Source: Octopus sinensis
Lineage: Eukaryota
Length of the DNA: 64,000 nucleotides
Reading direction: 5' to 3'
Assembly (NCBI RefSeq): GCF_006345805.1
Contig: NC_042997.1
Span: forward strand, 6,386,001-6,450,000
Shown here: piece by piece, positions 39,897 through 52,509 of the stretch
How the letters are laid out: each line of letters starts with the position of its first letter
Numbering within the stretch: position 1 is the stretch's first letter
Notes under the pieces: generated by a model
Told to the model about the DNA's origin: nothing
What the model saw: only the letters and a program-made list of their open reading frames with translations
The model's database searches: none
Position numbers and translations under genes: made by a program

Positions 39897-40276
39897 TACA
39901 GGGTAAATTTTTTTTTAATTTTCTCCTGTTTACGGAATTAATCTTTATTGCGGCGGTAGAAGCTTTGGCTGTTATTCTAGTGGGTGAATGGCCTATATGG
40001 TCGTTCCTTAATTGTTAATGTTGAACTTAAAAATGGTCTATGACTATTTAATTTTTTCCCACTGCCGATTGGTGGCAATAAAATTCTACAAAATTTTCCT
40101 TGCCACCCTATATTGATTAATTATGAATTTTTTGGTTAATTCCGTAAGGAATCGACGGTGATATTATTTGCTGCCGATAAATTTGGCGCGAGTGCGACGA
40201 TTTGAAAATTTTAGGTCAGATATTGCCTTGGCAAGATTGGGTATGCCTCGTGTAAATATCTGTTCCGACTTGAGCT

Positions 40277-40382
40277 ATTTTTGCTGAAGAATCCGAGGGC
40301 TTATGGAAGATTGGCTTGATTTAATTTAATCAGGTTAGTTTACCATTAAACAGCGGATGAAACGGTATACCGTACAAGAAAT
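40277..40382 (+). ncRNA. Type I hammerhead ribozyme, copy 6
   Basis: Core intact; the stem I 5' strand lacks one C; predicted cleavage after 40374. Confidence 0.85.
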
Positions 40383-40766
40383 TACAGGGTAAATGTTTTT
40401 TTAATTTTCTCCTGTTTACGGAATTAATCTTTATTTGCGGTAGAAGCTTTGGCTGTTATTTCTAGTGGGTGAATGGCCTATTATGGTCGTTCCTTAATTG
40501 TTAATGTTGAACTTAAAAATGGTCTATGACTATTTAATTTTTTCCCACTGGGCCGCTGGTGGCAATAAAATTCTACAAAATTTTCCTTGCCACCCTATAT
40601 TGATTAATTATGAATTTTTTGGTTAATTCCGTAATGGAATCGACGGCTGATATTTATTTGCTGCCGATAAATTTGGCGCGAGTGCGACGATTTGAAAATT
40701 TTAGTTCAGATATTGCCTTGGCAAGATTGGGTATGCCTCGTGTAAATATCTGTTCCGACTTGAGCT

Positions 40767-40873
40767 ATTTCTTGCTGAAGAATCCGAGGGCTTATGGAAG
40801 ATTGGCTTGATTTAATTTAATCAGGTTAGTTTACCATTAAACAGCGGATGAAACGGTATACCGTACAAGAAAT
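40767..40873 (+). ncRNA. Type I hammerhead ribozyme, copy 7 (intact)
   Basis: All stems and core as in copy 3; predicted cleavage after 40865. Confidence 0.92.
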
Positions 40874-40991
40874 TACAGGGTAAATGTTTTTTTAATTTTC
40901 TCCTGTTTACGGAATTAATCTTTATTTGCGGTAGAAGCTTTGGCTGTTATTTCTAGTGGGTGAATGGCCTATTATGGTCGTTCCTTAATTG

Positions 40992-41075
<84 letters not shown>

Positions 41076-41520
41076 TATATACATGGAAAAAGGTAAAAGA
41101 ATATATGATGACAGTAGAAAAAATTTAAATGAGAAGTGAAGTTGTAACATCAAATTGCTTGATATTCTCAATTATTCTACTTTTCACCTCTTTTACTTGT
41201 TTTGAAATATGTATTTTATTGGAAAGGTTATCTGTATTTTATCATATAATTTAATTTGTTCTTGGCGTTTTTTTTTTTATATCGCAATGACCAAAATTGA
41301 AGTTTAATTCTCTTGCTTGCTGCCATAACGTTACAGTGATAAATGACAGTTTTATAAACTATTTTAGGAACAATTACTTTATCAAAATTTTATTCCTACT
41401 AAAATACGACTGAAAAGTCTCTGATAGTCATACTAAAGTTGAGCCAATAAAATAATCTTTATACACGTGCATATAGACATACACGTATGCACACACACGC
41501 ACACACACATATATATATAC

Positions 41521-41603
<83 letters not shown>

Positions 41604-42671
41604 ATATATATATGCATACTATATGTATAAATATGCGGATATAAATATAGATGTGCATTCAGTTGATGTATCTTAAATCATCTGTGATGCACGCTTAATT
41701 CGGAGGATTTGCAGCAGAAGAACGTTTCAGAATGGAACTTCCAAAAAAATACTACAATAAATAAAGTGTGTTGATGCATAAATTTTCCATCCCCTCGTTT
41801 TCATATCTTCATTATTTACTCAGTATGCAACAGGAAGTTCAAAGATTCGAATTCAGTTTTTACCTATCAAATGAAAAATCTTTAACATGTTATCTTAAAC
41901 GATTCCAACCAATGGTTCCTCTCTGTGGGTATGTGTGAGTGTGTGTTTGTATGGGAGTTGCCTGTGTTACTAATTGACAATGAGACCAAAATATTAAATT
42001 CAGAGAGAAAATTAACAGTAGAATGTTTGTGTGCGTTTGTGTTACTGAATGGCAATGAGATGAAAATATTAAATTCAGATATAAAATTAACAGTAGTAAT
42101 GAAGTTTCTTATAATCGATTTGTTTCGTATTATAATGTACGCCAGAAAATCAGTAAATTTGGGAGATATTTTCCTTTGAAGTTACTCAGGAAGAATGTAT
42201 TAATCATTTCGTTGATTGCCTCTGAATAACATTCTTTGCAGTGATTAAACAGTTTCATTCCCAAGTATAAAGAAACTAACATTTGTTGCTCTCCCTTTAA
42301 GTTGCTAGATGTTTTGTTTTTTTTTGTCTTATGGATCTGTGTTTATATATTGTTCCTTTCACGTCTAGAAAACGATATGTTGCTACCATATTTGTCTGTC
42401 CTTCGGTGAAATATAGGGATACATTTTGAATATCCGTTATTTAGACGTTGTTTGGGGAAGTAACGTTCGTGTCATACAACGCTGTTCTTGTCTTGCAAAG
42501 TTGTGATTTCCGCTTCTGCACGTATCGGCTGTACATTTATATCGTTGCTGGTAATCAATTTATTTTTATTGTTCTACTTCATGTAAAATCTACGCTGTTA
42601 AAATGCAAATATCAAATTTACCTATCTCACCATTGATTGAAAAATGATAATTGAATTTTTTGATATATATG

Positions 42672-42723
<52 letters not shown>

Positions 42724-44270
42724 GGGTTCTCGTCAGCGACGCTTACATTACTTGACGAATCTCACAGAAGCAAGTAGTCGAACTGGTCCTGTAACTTAAA
42801 GAGGCGGAGCTACTAATATACATGTTTTCTATTGAAGACGGATCTTCAAAATGTTCTTGCATCGGAAGATTATCAATTCGTTGATTATTTTATATCTAAG
42901 GATTTTTATGCTTTTAATCATATAATTGGAACTATTCTTTGACTACGTCATTTAATTAGGCTGCTGGTTTCTCGAATATATATTACACAAAATGTGAAGC
43001 TGTATTTTTGGGGGGTTTTTCTTTTGCAGATATATATAATTCTTTCGTTTATTTTTATATGTATGTCGTGATGAATCTTACATTTGAATTTTATTAAATA
43101 AAAGCCAGTAACATATGTGTAACCATTCTTCAAAGCTTTCTATCATATATCATCTGGTCACTGATATACGGATATTTTATCTGTAAGGAAGCACTACAAT
43201 AATCACAGATTTTACTCATATTGCTCTATTATAAAGGTTTCTTATGTAGTACTTCAAGCTACATATGAATTAACCCTTAAGAAGTTTACAAACTGAAGAT
43301 CTGATAAAATTTAAACTAATAATTATGATAATTAAAAATTACATATTGCATGATAACACGTGTACAAACTTATTACGTATTTGCATAGTAATATTTTGAT
43401 TAAACCGATAATGACGTTTCATTTATTTACATCGTACAAAATAATCATAGGACTTAGTATTATAAAATTGGAAGAAGTATATTAAACTATTACGTAATAA
43501 TAGATTTCCTAAGTTATGAGACTGTTCAGTTAGATGAAATAATGTTATTGTACAACACGCATAGATATTTCTTATTCACTTCATTTGTATAATATTCGTG
43601 TTTCGATTATTATCACAGTGATGTCTCACATCACGGTATTATTCCGATTACAGTCACAAATGCAGATTCATAAAGAACATTTATTGTAGAGATCTGAAAG
43701 GGCAAAAGTTTGATTGATGTGAATTACAAGATTCAATCATCAATGATACAAATGAAATAAAAATAAGAAATGTTAGCTGGGAAAATATAATGAAATATAA
43801 TATTCATCTCCAATTTGTTTTACTTGAAAGAAATCTTATTATTCAATAGAGGAAATGTGCTATATAAAACAGAAATATCGTTGAGCTTGTAAACAGTGTG
43901 CTATTTGAGAAGCATTTCTCTCTTTTGTCAATTATGAAAACATAGATACGGATATTATATAATCAAACAAATAAGCTTACAGAGATAAATATACAAAGCA
44001 ACTGCAATATGAGCCAAGCCTAATTGGGAGAATTGTGTATATCAGAATTGCCACATTGTTCTAGCAGATATACATGAGAGAATTTTTCCACCATATTTCA
44101 AAGTTGGATACATTTCTAGAGTAAAACCAAAGATGCACCTTCCTTTATATCATATTAACTTACCGTGTACACCTTGTGCTTTAAGAAATGATTGCTGTGG
44201 GGATATTTGAATACCCCACAGGAAGTAAAACTACGTAATTTAAACATTACTTTACAGAAGACTGAAGTAT

Positions 44271-44650
44271 AGGCGCAGGAGTGGCTGTGCGGTAAGTAGC
44301 TTGCTAACCAACCACTGCGTAGCACCTTGGGCAAGTGTCTTCTGCTATAGCCCCGGGCCGACCAAAGCCTTGTGAGTGGATTTAGTAGACGGAAACTGAA
44401 AGAAGTCCGTCGTGCATATGTATATATACATATATATGCGTGTGTGTGTTTGCCCCCCTAGCATCGCTTGACAACCGATGCTGATGTGTTTATGTCCCCG
44501 TTACTTAGCGGTTCGGCAAAAGAGACCGATAGAATAAGTACTGGGCATATAAAATAATAAGTCCCGGGGTCGAGTTGCTCGATTAAAGGCGGTGCTCCAG
44601 CATGGCCGCAGTCAAATGACTGAAACATGTAAAAGAGTAAAAGAGTAAAA
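44271..44650 (+). mobile_element. tRNA-derived SINE, with an internal deletion in the tRNA-like head
   Basis: aggcgcaggagtggctgtgcggtaagtagcttgct...; body and tail as in 3636-4073; ends in aaaagagtaaaagagta. Confidence 0.9.
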
Positions 44651-45340
44651 TATAACAGTTATTGGCGCCAGCTGAGAAACTGATACATCTACACCATAGA
44701 TGTGCTTGTGAGTATTGCATATAAATACTCATATTTAAAATAAAATAAATAAAATATATAGAAAGAACGTGTGTGTATTGTAACCCTATCAGCTAGTTGA
44801 CAAATCTTAGGTAAAATACACAAGCAAAATGGAGTTCAATTTTAACGAAGAGTTCATGGAAATACTAACAATAATCAAACTTAAAAAGAAAAATAATGTA
44901 CTTGAGAGTCACTAATATGCTCATATTTCAAATAACTATCAATGAATTTTGTTCATATTTCTGGCAATGACAACTTCGTCAGTTATGCACTATATTTTAA
45001 AGAATGAAAAATCCGAATGAGACAGGATATAAAGACAGACCGATAAGAATTTTTGCCCGGGATGCTCACGTTTCTTATTTTTTTACTGTTCACAGAGGGG
45101 AAAAAGTAATATATACTAGTTCATAAATTATACAGACATAACGTTTTAAATGAAAATTATTATGATATCTATAAGCACAAAAAAGAAAGTATCTTTACTG
45201 TTAACGTTTTCTTTCATGGAGCATCTATGAGTCTCTCGTAGGTATTCATAATATATTACAAAAAAACGATCGCAATTATAACATGTATTAAAATTTATTT
45301 GGGAATGTAATGGCGGTTTCATTATTTAGTCTCTCGCTAG

Positions 45341-45382
<42 letters not shown>

Positions 45383-45498
45383 GGGTGTGTGCGCGTATAC
45401 CTAGTTATTAAGTTGAAATTACTTCAAATTTTAATCGTGATTCATATTTTCATACGATTGTAACCAGTGTATAAGCGTGAGAATATAGAATTGAAAAA

Positions 45499-45872
45499 GG
45501 CGGCGGGATGGCAGAAACGTTATCACGCCGGGCGAAATGCGCAGCCGTATTTCGTCTGCGGTTACGTTCTGAGTTCAAATTCCGCCGTGGTTGACTTTGC
45601 CTTTCATCCTTTCGGGGTCGATAAATTAAGTACCAGTCACGCACTAGGGTCGATTTAATCAACTTAATCTGTTTGTCTGTCCTTGTGTGTCCCATCTGTG
45701 TTTAGCCCCCTGTGGGTAGTAAAGAAATAGGTATTTCGTCAGTCTTTATGTTCCGAAGCTCAAATTTTGCCAGGACCGATAAATTAAGTACCAGTTGCGT
45801 ACTGGAAACGACCTACTCGACTGGTCCCCTTCCCCAAAATTTCGGGCCTTGTGCCTAGAGTAGAAAAGAATA
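45499..45872 (+). mobile_element. SINE (22387 family)
   Basis: ggcggcgggatggcagaaacgttatcacgccgggcgaaatgc..., tail ttcgggccttgtgcctagagtagaaaagaat. Confidence 0.85.
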
Positions 45873-46041
45873 TAGAATTAAACTTATAAAATGAATTAAG
45901 AATTAATTTTAAAATATTTAATTTTACTGTTTAAGTAAAAATTTAACTTCTACCTTGGAGATCGTCAGAATGTTATAAAATTTCTGTACGGAAATTTCTT
46001 GGAGATGTCAGAATGTTATAAAATTTCTGTACGGAAGAAAA

Positions 46042-46583
46042 AATTCTTTCCTAGTCTAGGCACAAGGCCCGAAGTTTTTTTGGGGGGAGGGCGCAGTCGA
46101 TTAGATCAAACACGGTACTCAACTAGTAATTAATTTATCGTCCCCGAAGTTATAAAAGGCGAAGTGAACCTGGGCGGAATTTGAACAGAGGATATAAAGA
46201 CAGACCGCTAAGACTTTTTGCCCGGGATACTCACGTTTCTTATTTTTCTACTGCTCACAGAGAGGAAAAAGAAGGACATAGAAACGGATTAAGTTGATTA
46301 CATCGACCCCAGTGCTTAACCGGTACCTAATTTATCGACCCCGAAATGATGAAAGGCAAAGTCGACCACAAGGGGCTAAACACAGAGGGGACAAACAAGG
46401 ACAGACAAACGGATTAAGTCGATTACATCGACCCCAGTGCTTAACCGGTACTTTATTTATCGACCTCAAAAGGATGAAAGGCAAAGTCGACCTTGGTGGA
46501 ATTTGAACTCAGTACGTAACGGTAGACGAAATAGGGCTACGCGTTTCGCCCGGCATGCTAACGTTTCTGCCAGCTCGCCTCCC
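46042..46583 (-). mobile_element. SINE (22387 family), compound, inverted relative to 45499-45872
   Basis: Reverse-complement head gggaggcgagctggcagaaacgttagcatgccgggcgaaac and tail ...ttcgggccttgtgcctagactaggaaagaatt. Confidence 0.85.
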
Positions 46584-48869
46584 TAGCACGGAAAATTATT
46601 TGTATCTATATATTATAACTGCAAGTCGTAATTTGGTTAATATTACTCATATTTTAAATGAGATAATTCTTTGCAAACTTAACACAAGATCAACATTTTT
46701 GAGAAAATGTCAGGCGAATAACATCTACCAAAGAACTTCACTCGTGTTATAAATTAGTAATTCGAATGGGTGATAGTTTAAGTTCATCAGGGTGAGTTTT
46801 TAGTCGACAAGATAAAGATTCTAAAGAAATGCCACAAACCATTTTGTCCGAGGCGTTATCGCATCTGCTAGCTCGTCGCCTTAATGATGGAAATAATTAA
46901 AATTAAATTTCAGTTAAAATCATTAATAAACAAAAATCAATACGAACAAATGAACTGAATAAGCTACACTATCAGTAACAGAACATGTAACGAAACATAG
47001 ACTGAATGCTCACTGACCCAGAAATTCTCACGGGTTGTAATTTTATGAAATTAAGAATTAATTTAAAAGTATGTACATAATTCTCAAGCTTAGTAAGTGT
47101 TGAATCTGATCGTGCTTATTAAGGTAGCAAAGAGCAATGTCATCCTTCTGCTCAGATTTACTTTTAAGTATGAAAATAATTTTCCCGTAATTCATTACTG
47201 TTTTCTTGAAATTGCTCGTAGTGATTATGACGCTAGCTAAATCTTATTGAATTAAAGAAAAGTAAAATTTCATTGGCTTAGATAGGCCTTGTTTTAAATA
47301 ACTGAAAAATAATAGAACCTTTTCCGTCGCTTGTATACTGGATAACAGCAAAATGTCTAAAAGCTCTCCGCCCATGCTATAAAGCACGATTTCTTCGAGA
47401 GCAGAGTTTTTCGAAAACCAAGGAACTACTGTATCGCTAAATTTGCATGCTTTTAATTGTATGTAAATAATCTTGTCTTCTGAAACATCTTTAACCCATG
47501 CTAGTATTGGAAGTAGTCAAGCCATAAACAGAATGGTAGTTTTAAACATTCGCATTCATTGGCATTAGTTTCTTTCATATGTCAATGATAGACTTTAGTA
47601 ATTGAAATTGACTGAAATTTAGATCACTTGTATCATTACAGGTTTCAATTTTCGCTTGACGTGACTATCGACATATGTTGTCTTCATATTAAATCTTTGT
47701 TATCGCTGACGCATTGGTCATGGCAATTTAAAACTTGAGTTGAAACCATGGATATTGTTTTATTCAGTTTAGCCAGAAGTTTCTTTGTTGCTTGTGCGAA
47801 TAGTCATAATTACTGCATTTAATCTGATTTGGCAAATTTTCTAGCGCCTTAATTACAGAAATCAGTAAAGAAATTGAACCCTGAAATATCCGGTGAAATT
47901 ACTAATAATAGACAAATTCTTTTTATTTTGCTCTTCGGAAATGTTCAATAGACAATCACATCTTCTTTGAAATAGTATCTGTATCCATATACTTATGTAT
48001 AGAATTACGCATATGTGCACATAGGTAAGCACATACAAGCATGCACAGAAACACACACACGCACTCATTGACTCATTCATAGCTGCAAATAACATGCACA
48101 CAGTCAAACACCAACATAGACACGAATTGAGACGCACGAATATAGTCTAATAAACCATTAGCAGATACTATGAGGATTCGAAGTGCGGTGAGCTGGGATG
48201 TATTCGTCTGTTCCTCGTCAATCTTTGAATGCATTTGCAACCTCATCGATCCCGTTATATATTCGATACTCAAATGCATTAAGTCAGTCTTTATCTAATG
48301 TTTAACTGATATTAAAAATTAATGTACCTGAAAAACCTACCTTCATCTTTAATGATTGTGCATGGTTTATGCGGTGTTACAATCATATCGTAGATTTCTT
48401 AATAGTATTGAATTCCATGAATTGACATGCTGTTTACTCGCACGTATACGCTTTTGGTTAATGAAATCGTTCTACTGCATATTTTTTTGGAAATCTAGAC
48501 TACTTACATTTTATAAATTTCTCGAAAATTCTTTCGTTTTGATTATGTATTTGGTTTACTAAATTACACACTTATAAACATTTGAATTCTTAATGTGTTT
48601 TAAAATGTGTTACACGAAATTTTTGTTTAATAATGATACGTTTTATTCAGTTATTTCTTATTTACATGAAAGGGACCACTCTGTCCACGAGCTTAGTTTT
48701 ATGGATCTATTGATGCGATCAAATTCAAATCTGTCTTTGATTTTACTTCTATATTTCTCCATTTCAAAATGTGCAGTTTGTTTCTTAATTTCTTAATTTC
48801 TTTAATATTATTTCATTAAATAGAATATTAGTAATTTCATTTGTTTTCAACTTTTGGAAGAGTGCCAGC

Positions 48870-49040
48870 AATTTCAGAGGAAGGAATAAGTCGATTACAT
48901 CGACAGCAGTGTTGAAATTGTACTTATTTGAAGAATCCTCAAAGGATGAAAGACACAATCAACCTCCACAGAAATGCGCAGATCCAGATGATATGCCGAC
49001 AAGAATTTTGCCCGGCGTGCTCACGAATATGCCAGCTCAC
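48870..49040 (-). mobile_element. Diverged SINE fragment (22387 family)
   Basis: gtcgattacatcgac...aaaggatgaaag...gcccggcgtgct...gccagctc. Confidence 0.65.
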
Positions 49041-49679
49041 TATCGTTATTTTTATTAATTAATATCAAAAACGTTGCTTTTATTAGTAGAAATTATGATT
49101 ATTGTTATAATTATATTTGCCTCCCGCAATTAATGCATTTTGAGAGTTCATTAGCTTTGTCTAACTATCTTTCTCTTTCACTCGCTTTCTCTCCCTTTCT
49201 CTTCCTCTTCCTCTCTCTCTTTATCTCTGTAATAGGCATATATATTAGATGTATATATCCAAATATATATGTGGAAAGAAAGAGAATGGGAGAGAGATCT
49301 AGAAAGGGAGAGACAAATGAAAGAAAGACAGAAAGACATAGAAAGAAGGAAAGAAATTATGTATGCATATAAGACTAATGGAATAAAACTGTAGAGGTAT
49401 CTAAAAACCGTTTGCTAGAAGAATTTATCATATATATATTGTGAATGTGTGTGTATGTGTGTGCGCATGCGTGTGTGTGTGTGTGTGTGTTTGCGTTTGT
49501 GTATGTGTATATATATATATATAAATATATTGGGGGAATAGATAAATAGATAAACAGCTAGCTACGATGTATATTTTACTTCTATAACTTTCATCCAGAT
49601 GCTGCCAGAATATTCTGTCGCACCAACATTAGAGTAATTGCAAGTTTTATTTCTTTTCCCTCATATGGCATTATATCAC

Positions 49680-49900
49680 CCTAGATTTATCTCTTGTGAT
49701 TTGGTTAGTTGGTGAAGGTTGTCCTTATTAACGTTTTGACTTTTGATGTGGGTTTCTCTGGCATCTCAAATGAAACCGAAACAAACAAAAAATTCCAAGT
49801 CGTCTTTGAAAGCATCTGCATCTACGCCACGTAGATTGCCGGGGATTTCTAGTGCGGTTCTCCAAAGTTTCATCTTTCGGATCCTTTTCTTATACAATAT
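49680..49900 (-). mobile_element. Highly decayed LINE 3' fragment
   Basis: GNLRGVDADAFKDDLEFF resembles RNLHKIDVAASKSKLDLFL (9.4 kb) and RRLHVDVDVFKKELDILL (51.1 kb). Confidence 0.4.
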
Positions 49901-50722
49901 TAACTTCTTACATTTGATGAAGAAGATACGATCTTTAGAAAAAGGCAATTACGTACACTTAATATTCCGGGATTTTGCATACAATGTGAGAATTTATGAA
50001 ACAAATCATTATCTTATATTCGTCTCAAAGTTTTAGCAAGTTTCAACTGCGGCTCTTCAAAAATGTTAAAAGTAACATTATTATTTCAACCATTTTCTCT
50101 AGGTTTACTTACGAATAACATAATCACTCACTAAAGCAGTACATATAGGGAAAAAAAGTTACGTCATCTATGTTAAATTAGAAAATAGCTGCTTACACAG
50201 TGAGAGCACACAGCCAAAAGTCTAAAACTGTTATACATTGAACGCAGATTTTAGCATTTATACCTATTGACCTGTCATATGTCATTCTTGCCAGACAAAA
50301 TCTTTGATGTGACCTTCAAACGCGGCCTCATATGAGCTTAACACGCAGGCATAGCGGAAAACAAAATAATTCCGCTGTATCATCCTCAACATCATTATAT
50401 CTACCTTGTCTGACAATAGTCTGAATTATATTCTCTTTATACACAAAAAAGCAAAGATTTTCAGAACCACCAGAAAGTATACAAATTGTGATACAGCCCT
50501 ACATCAGAGACATTAGTTCATGTATGTATGTATGTATGTATGTATGTATAGTTATATAGATAGATAGACGGATGGATAGACAGGTATGTATATATGTGTG
50601 TATGCTTTTTATATATGTATGCATACATATATATATATACAAAATTTAAAGGACTGACCACTAAAAGTGGACAGTCTATATACTAGATAAAGACGTCAAA
50701 ATCGCTATTCTCCACGAAGAAT

Positions 50723-50803
<81 letters not shown>

Positions 50804-50844
50804 ACACACACCCATACACATATATACCTACTCTATCATTCTTA

Positions 50845-51910
50845 TATTCTTTTATTTGTTTCCGCCATGCAGCTGCGGTCATGCTGGAGTACCACCGTGA
50901 TTTTCACTGTTACTTATGATTATTTTTCGGCTTATTATCTCACCCTTGTAGATTTCAGATCGACACACATGTGAGTGTCTTTGACTCCGCTATTGGTTCA
51001 TTTCATGTATGAGGGACTTGGATTCCGCTGTCCTTGTCTGTAACTCATGCAGAGCCGTCATTCCTTCCGGTAATGTGGAGAGGAGGATGTCTAGTTCCTT
51101 TTTGAAGACATCTACGTCCACATGTAGTCTTCTTAATTTTTGTAGCAAGGCACGGAATGGCTGATGAGCTTTGAACCCTAGGCTATTGTACTACGTGCTC
51201 CTGGCATTTAGATGGAGTGAATAGTATGTATGGTACAATATAATGACGTCAAATCCTGGTATTTTTAAAACAGTCTATGCCGAAATTAGGTATTATCCTT
51301 TCTAGAATTTTTTATTATGTAGATAGGTATGTATCGCTCATACCTTCACCTGAAGGATTAAAATCGTGTCGCAATTTCGCTTCAGGTTTCAAACTCATAA
51401 ATTTTTTGCCTGTCCCTTTAGCCCATCCGCTGCTCTGCTTCAAACTTTTTTATTGTAGTGATGCTGAGTCGCTTCAAGGTCCTCTTCTAATTTGGCACTA
51501 TGTGGTGACCATAGCTAAGAGCAGTAGTACAGGCTGAGAACAAAGTTCCTCCGGATGTTTAACATAACTTCTTGGTTTATAGTCTCGAAAAGCCAGTTGT
51601 CTGAAATTTGTTGTCATCTTGCGTAATGTGTAGATGAAATAATTCATCATTTTGATCCCCAAGCTTTTTCACTGCTGTGACTCTGGGATTACAGTATACT
51701 CGGGACCTGTATATGTAGGATTCAGTGCATTTGTGAGGTGATAATGAAGTACTGAATTGTTTCCCACATTAAACAGCATGTTGTACACCTTAGTGTACTT
51801 GTATATTGCATTTAGATCCTGCTGTAAGCTTGCGACGTCATCTGGTTATTATATTGCCTGTGATAATTTTGTGTCATCGTTGTAGCTAAAGAATTTGCAA
51901 GTTTGCAAGG
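50845..51910 (-). mobile_element. CR1/L2-group LINE 3' fragment, degenerate
   Basis: Minus strand: FFSYNDDTKLSQAI...SLQQDLNAIY...MLFN..., later LHVDVDVFKKELDILLSTLPE; tail cggtggtactccagcatgaccgcagctg. Confidence 0.8.
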
Positions 51911-52234
51911 TATTTACATTTACACATTTACCCTTAAATTAACATTTAATACATGTGCTTAATATATATGTATATACACACACGCGCACACATATACACA
52001 CTTATATATATATATATATATATATACAAAAAAATTTAGGCATAATAATTATTTACTGTTAAAATACTAGTTCATACATGTGCTTTTATTTGGTTAATTT
52101 GATTATATTTGTTTAATTTACACAACATACAAAATATAAACACATACTACTGACATACAACCGCATATAAATATATAGATTACTATATAATTTTTTCTAT
52201 GTTCACAATTTTTGTGTTTACAAAATTGAAAAAC

Positions 52235-52500
52235 AATATGCCAGTAAGAAAAGATGTAAGATTGCCAGCACTACAAGCTCCTCCTGAACCACTTATGGGT
52301 CTCCTGGAAGGTCCTTCGTCCAGTCAAGGTATTATCTGAGAAAATGAAACGATACAACTTTGCATTTCAAATAACATTATTTGGTATATCTATGGAGATA
52401 GTTGCACATGGATTTACACTGACATTCAAAATTTAATGGCAACACTATCGCCTCATTCGCTACCTGTTACCCAGAAATGAACAACCCTTATCAACAGAGT
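52235..52500 (+). mobile_element. Helitron RepHel N-terminal fragment
   Basis: Frameshifted translation DVRLPALQAPPEPLMGLLEG...RYNFAFQITLFG...HGFTLTFKI*WQHYRLIRYLLP matches the Helitron motif G.V.LP.L..PPEPL..LL...YN..FQMTSFG...G...FKIQGQVYH.IGSLLP. Confidence 0.75.
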
Positions 52501-52509
52501 CAGTTTTTT

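Larger units (their letters stand above)
37539..40996. mobile_element. Hammerhead-ribozyme tandem array (retrozyme-like), ~490-bp units; ~1.8 units on minus (37539-38430) and ~5.2 units on plus (38431-40996)
   Basis: Near-identical units with predicted cleavage sites spaced 483, 492, 486 and 491 bp on plus and 485 bp on minus. Each unit contains one type I hammerhead core; there is no meaningful ORF. Confidence 0.9.

Noticed and set aside
37539-40996. Reading the array as a CRISPR array, a plain satellite or a protein-coding repeat (66-72 aa ORFs at 38658, 39133, 39468, 40610)
   Set aside because: There are no unique spacers. The ORFs are short, broken by indels in other units and show no recognisable domain. 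The ribozyme explains the conserved content better.
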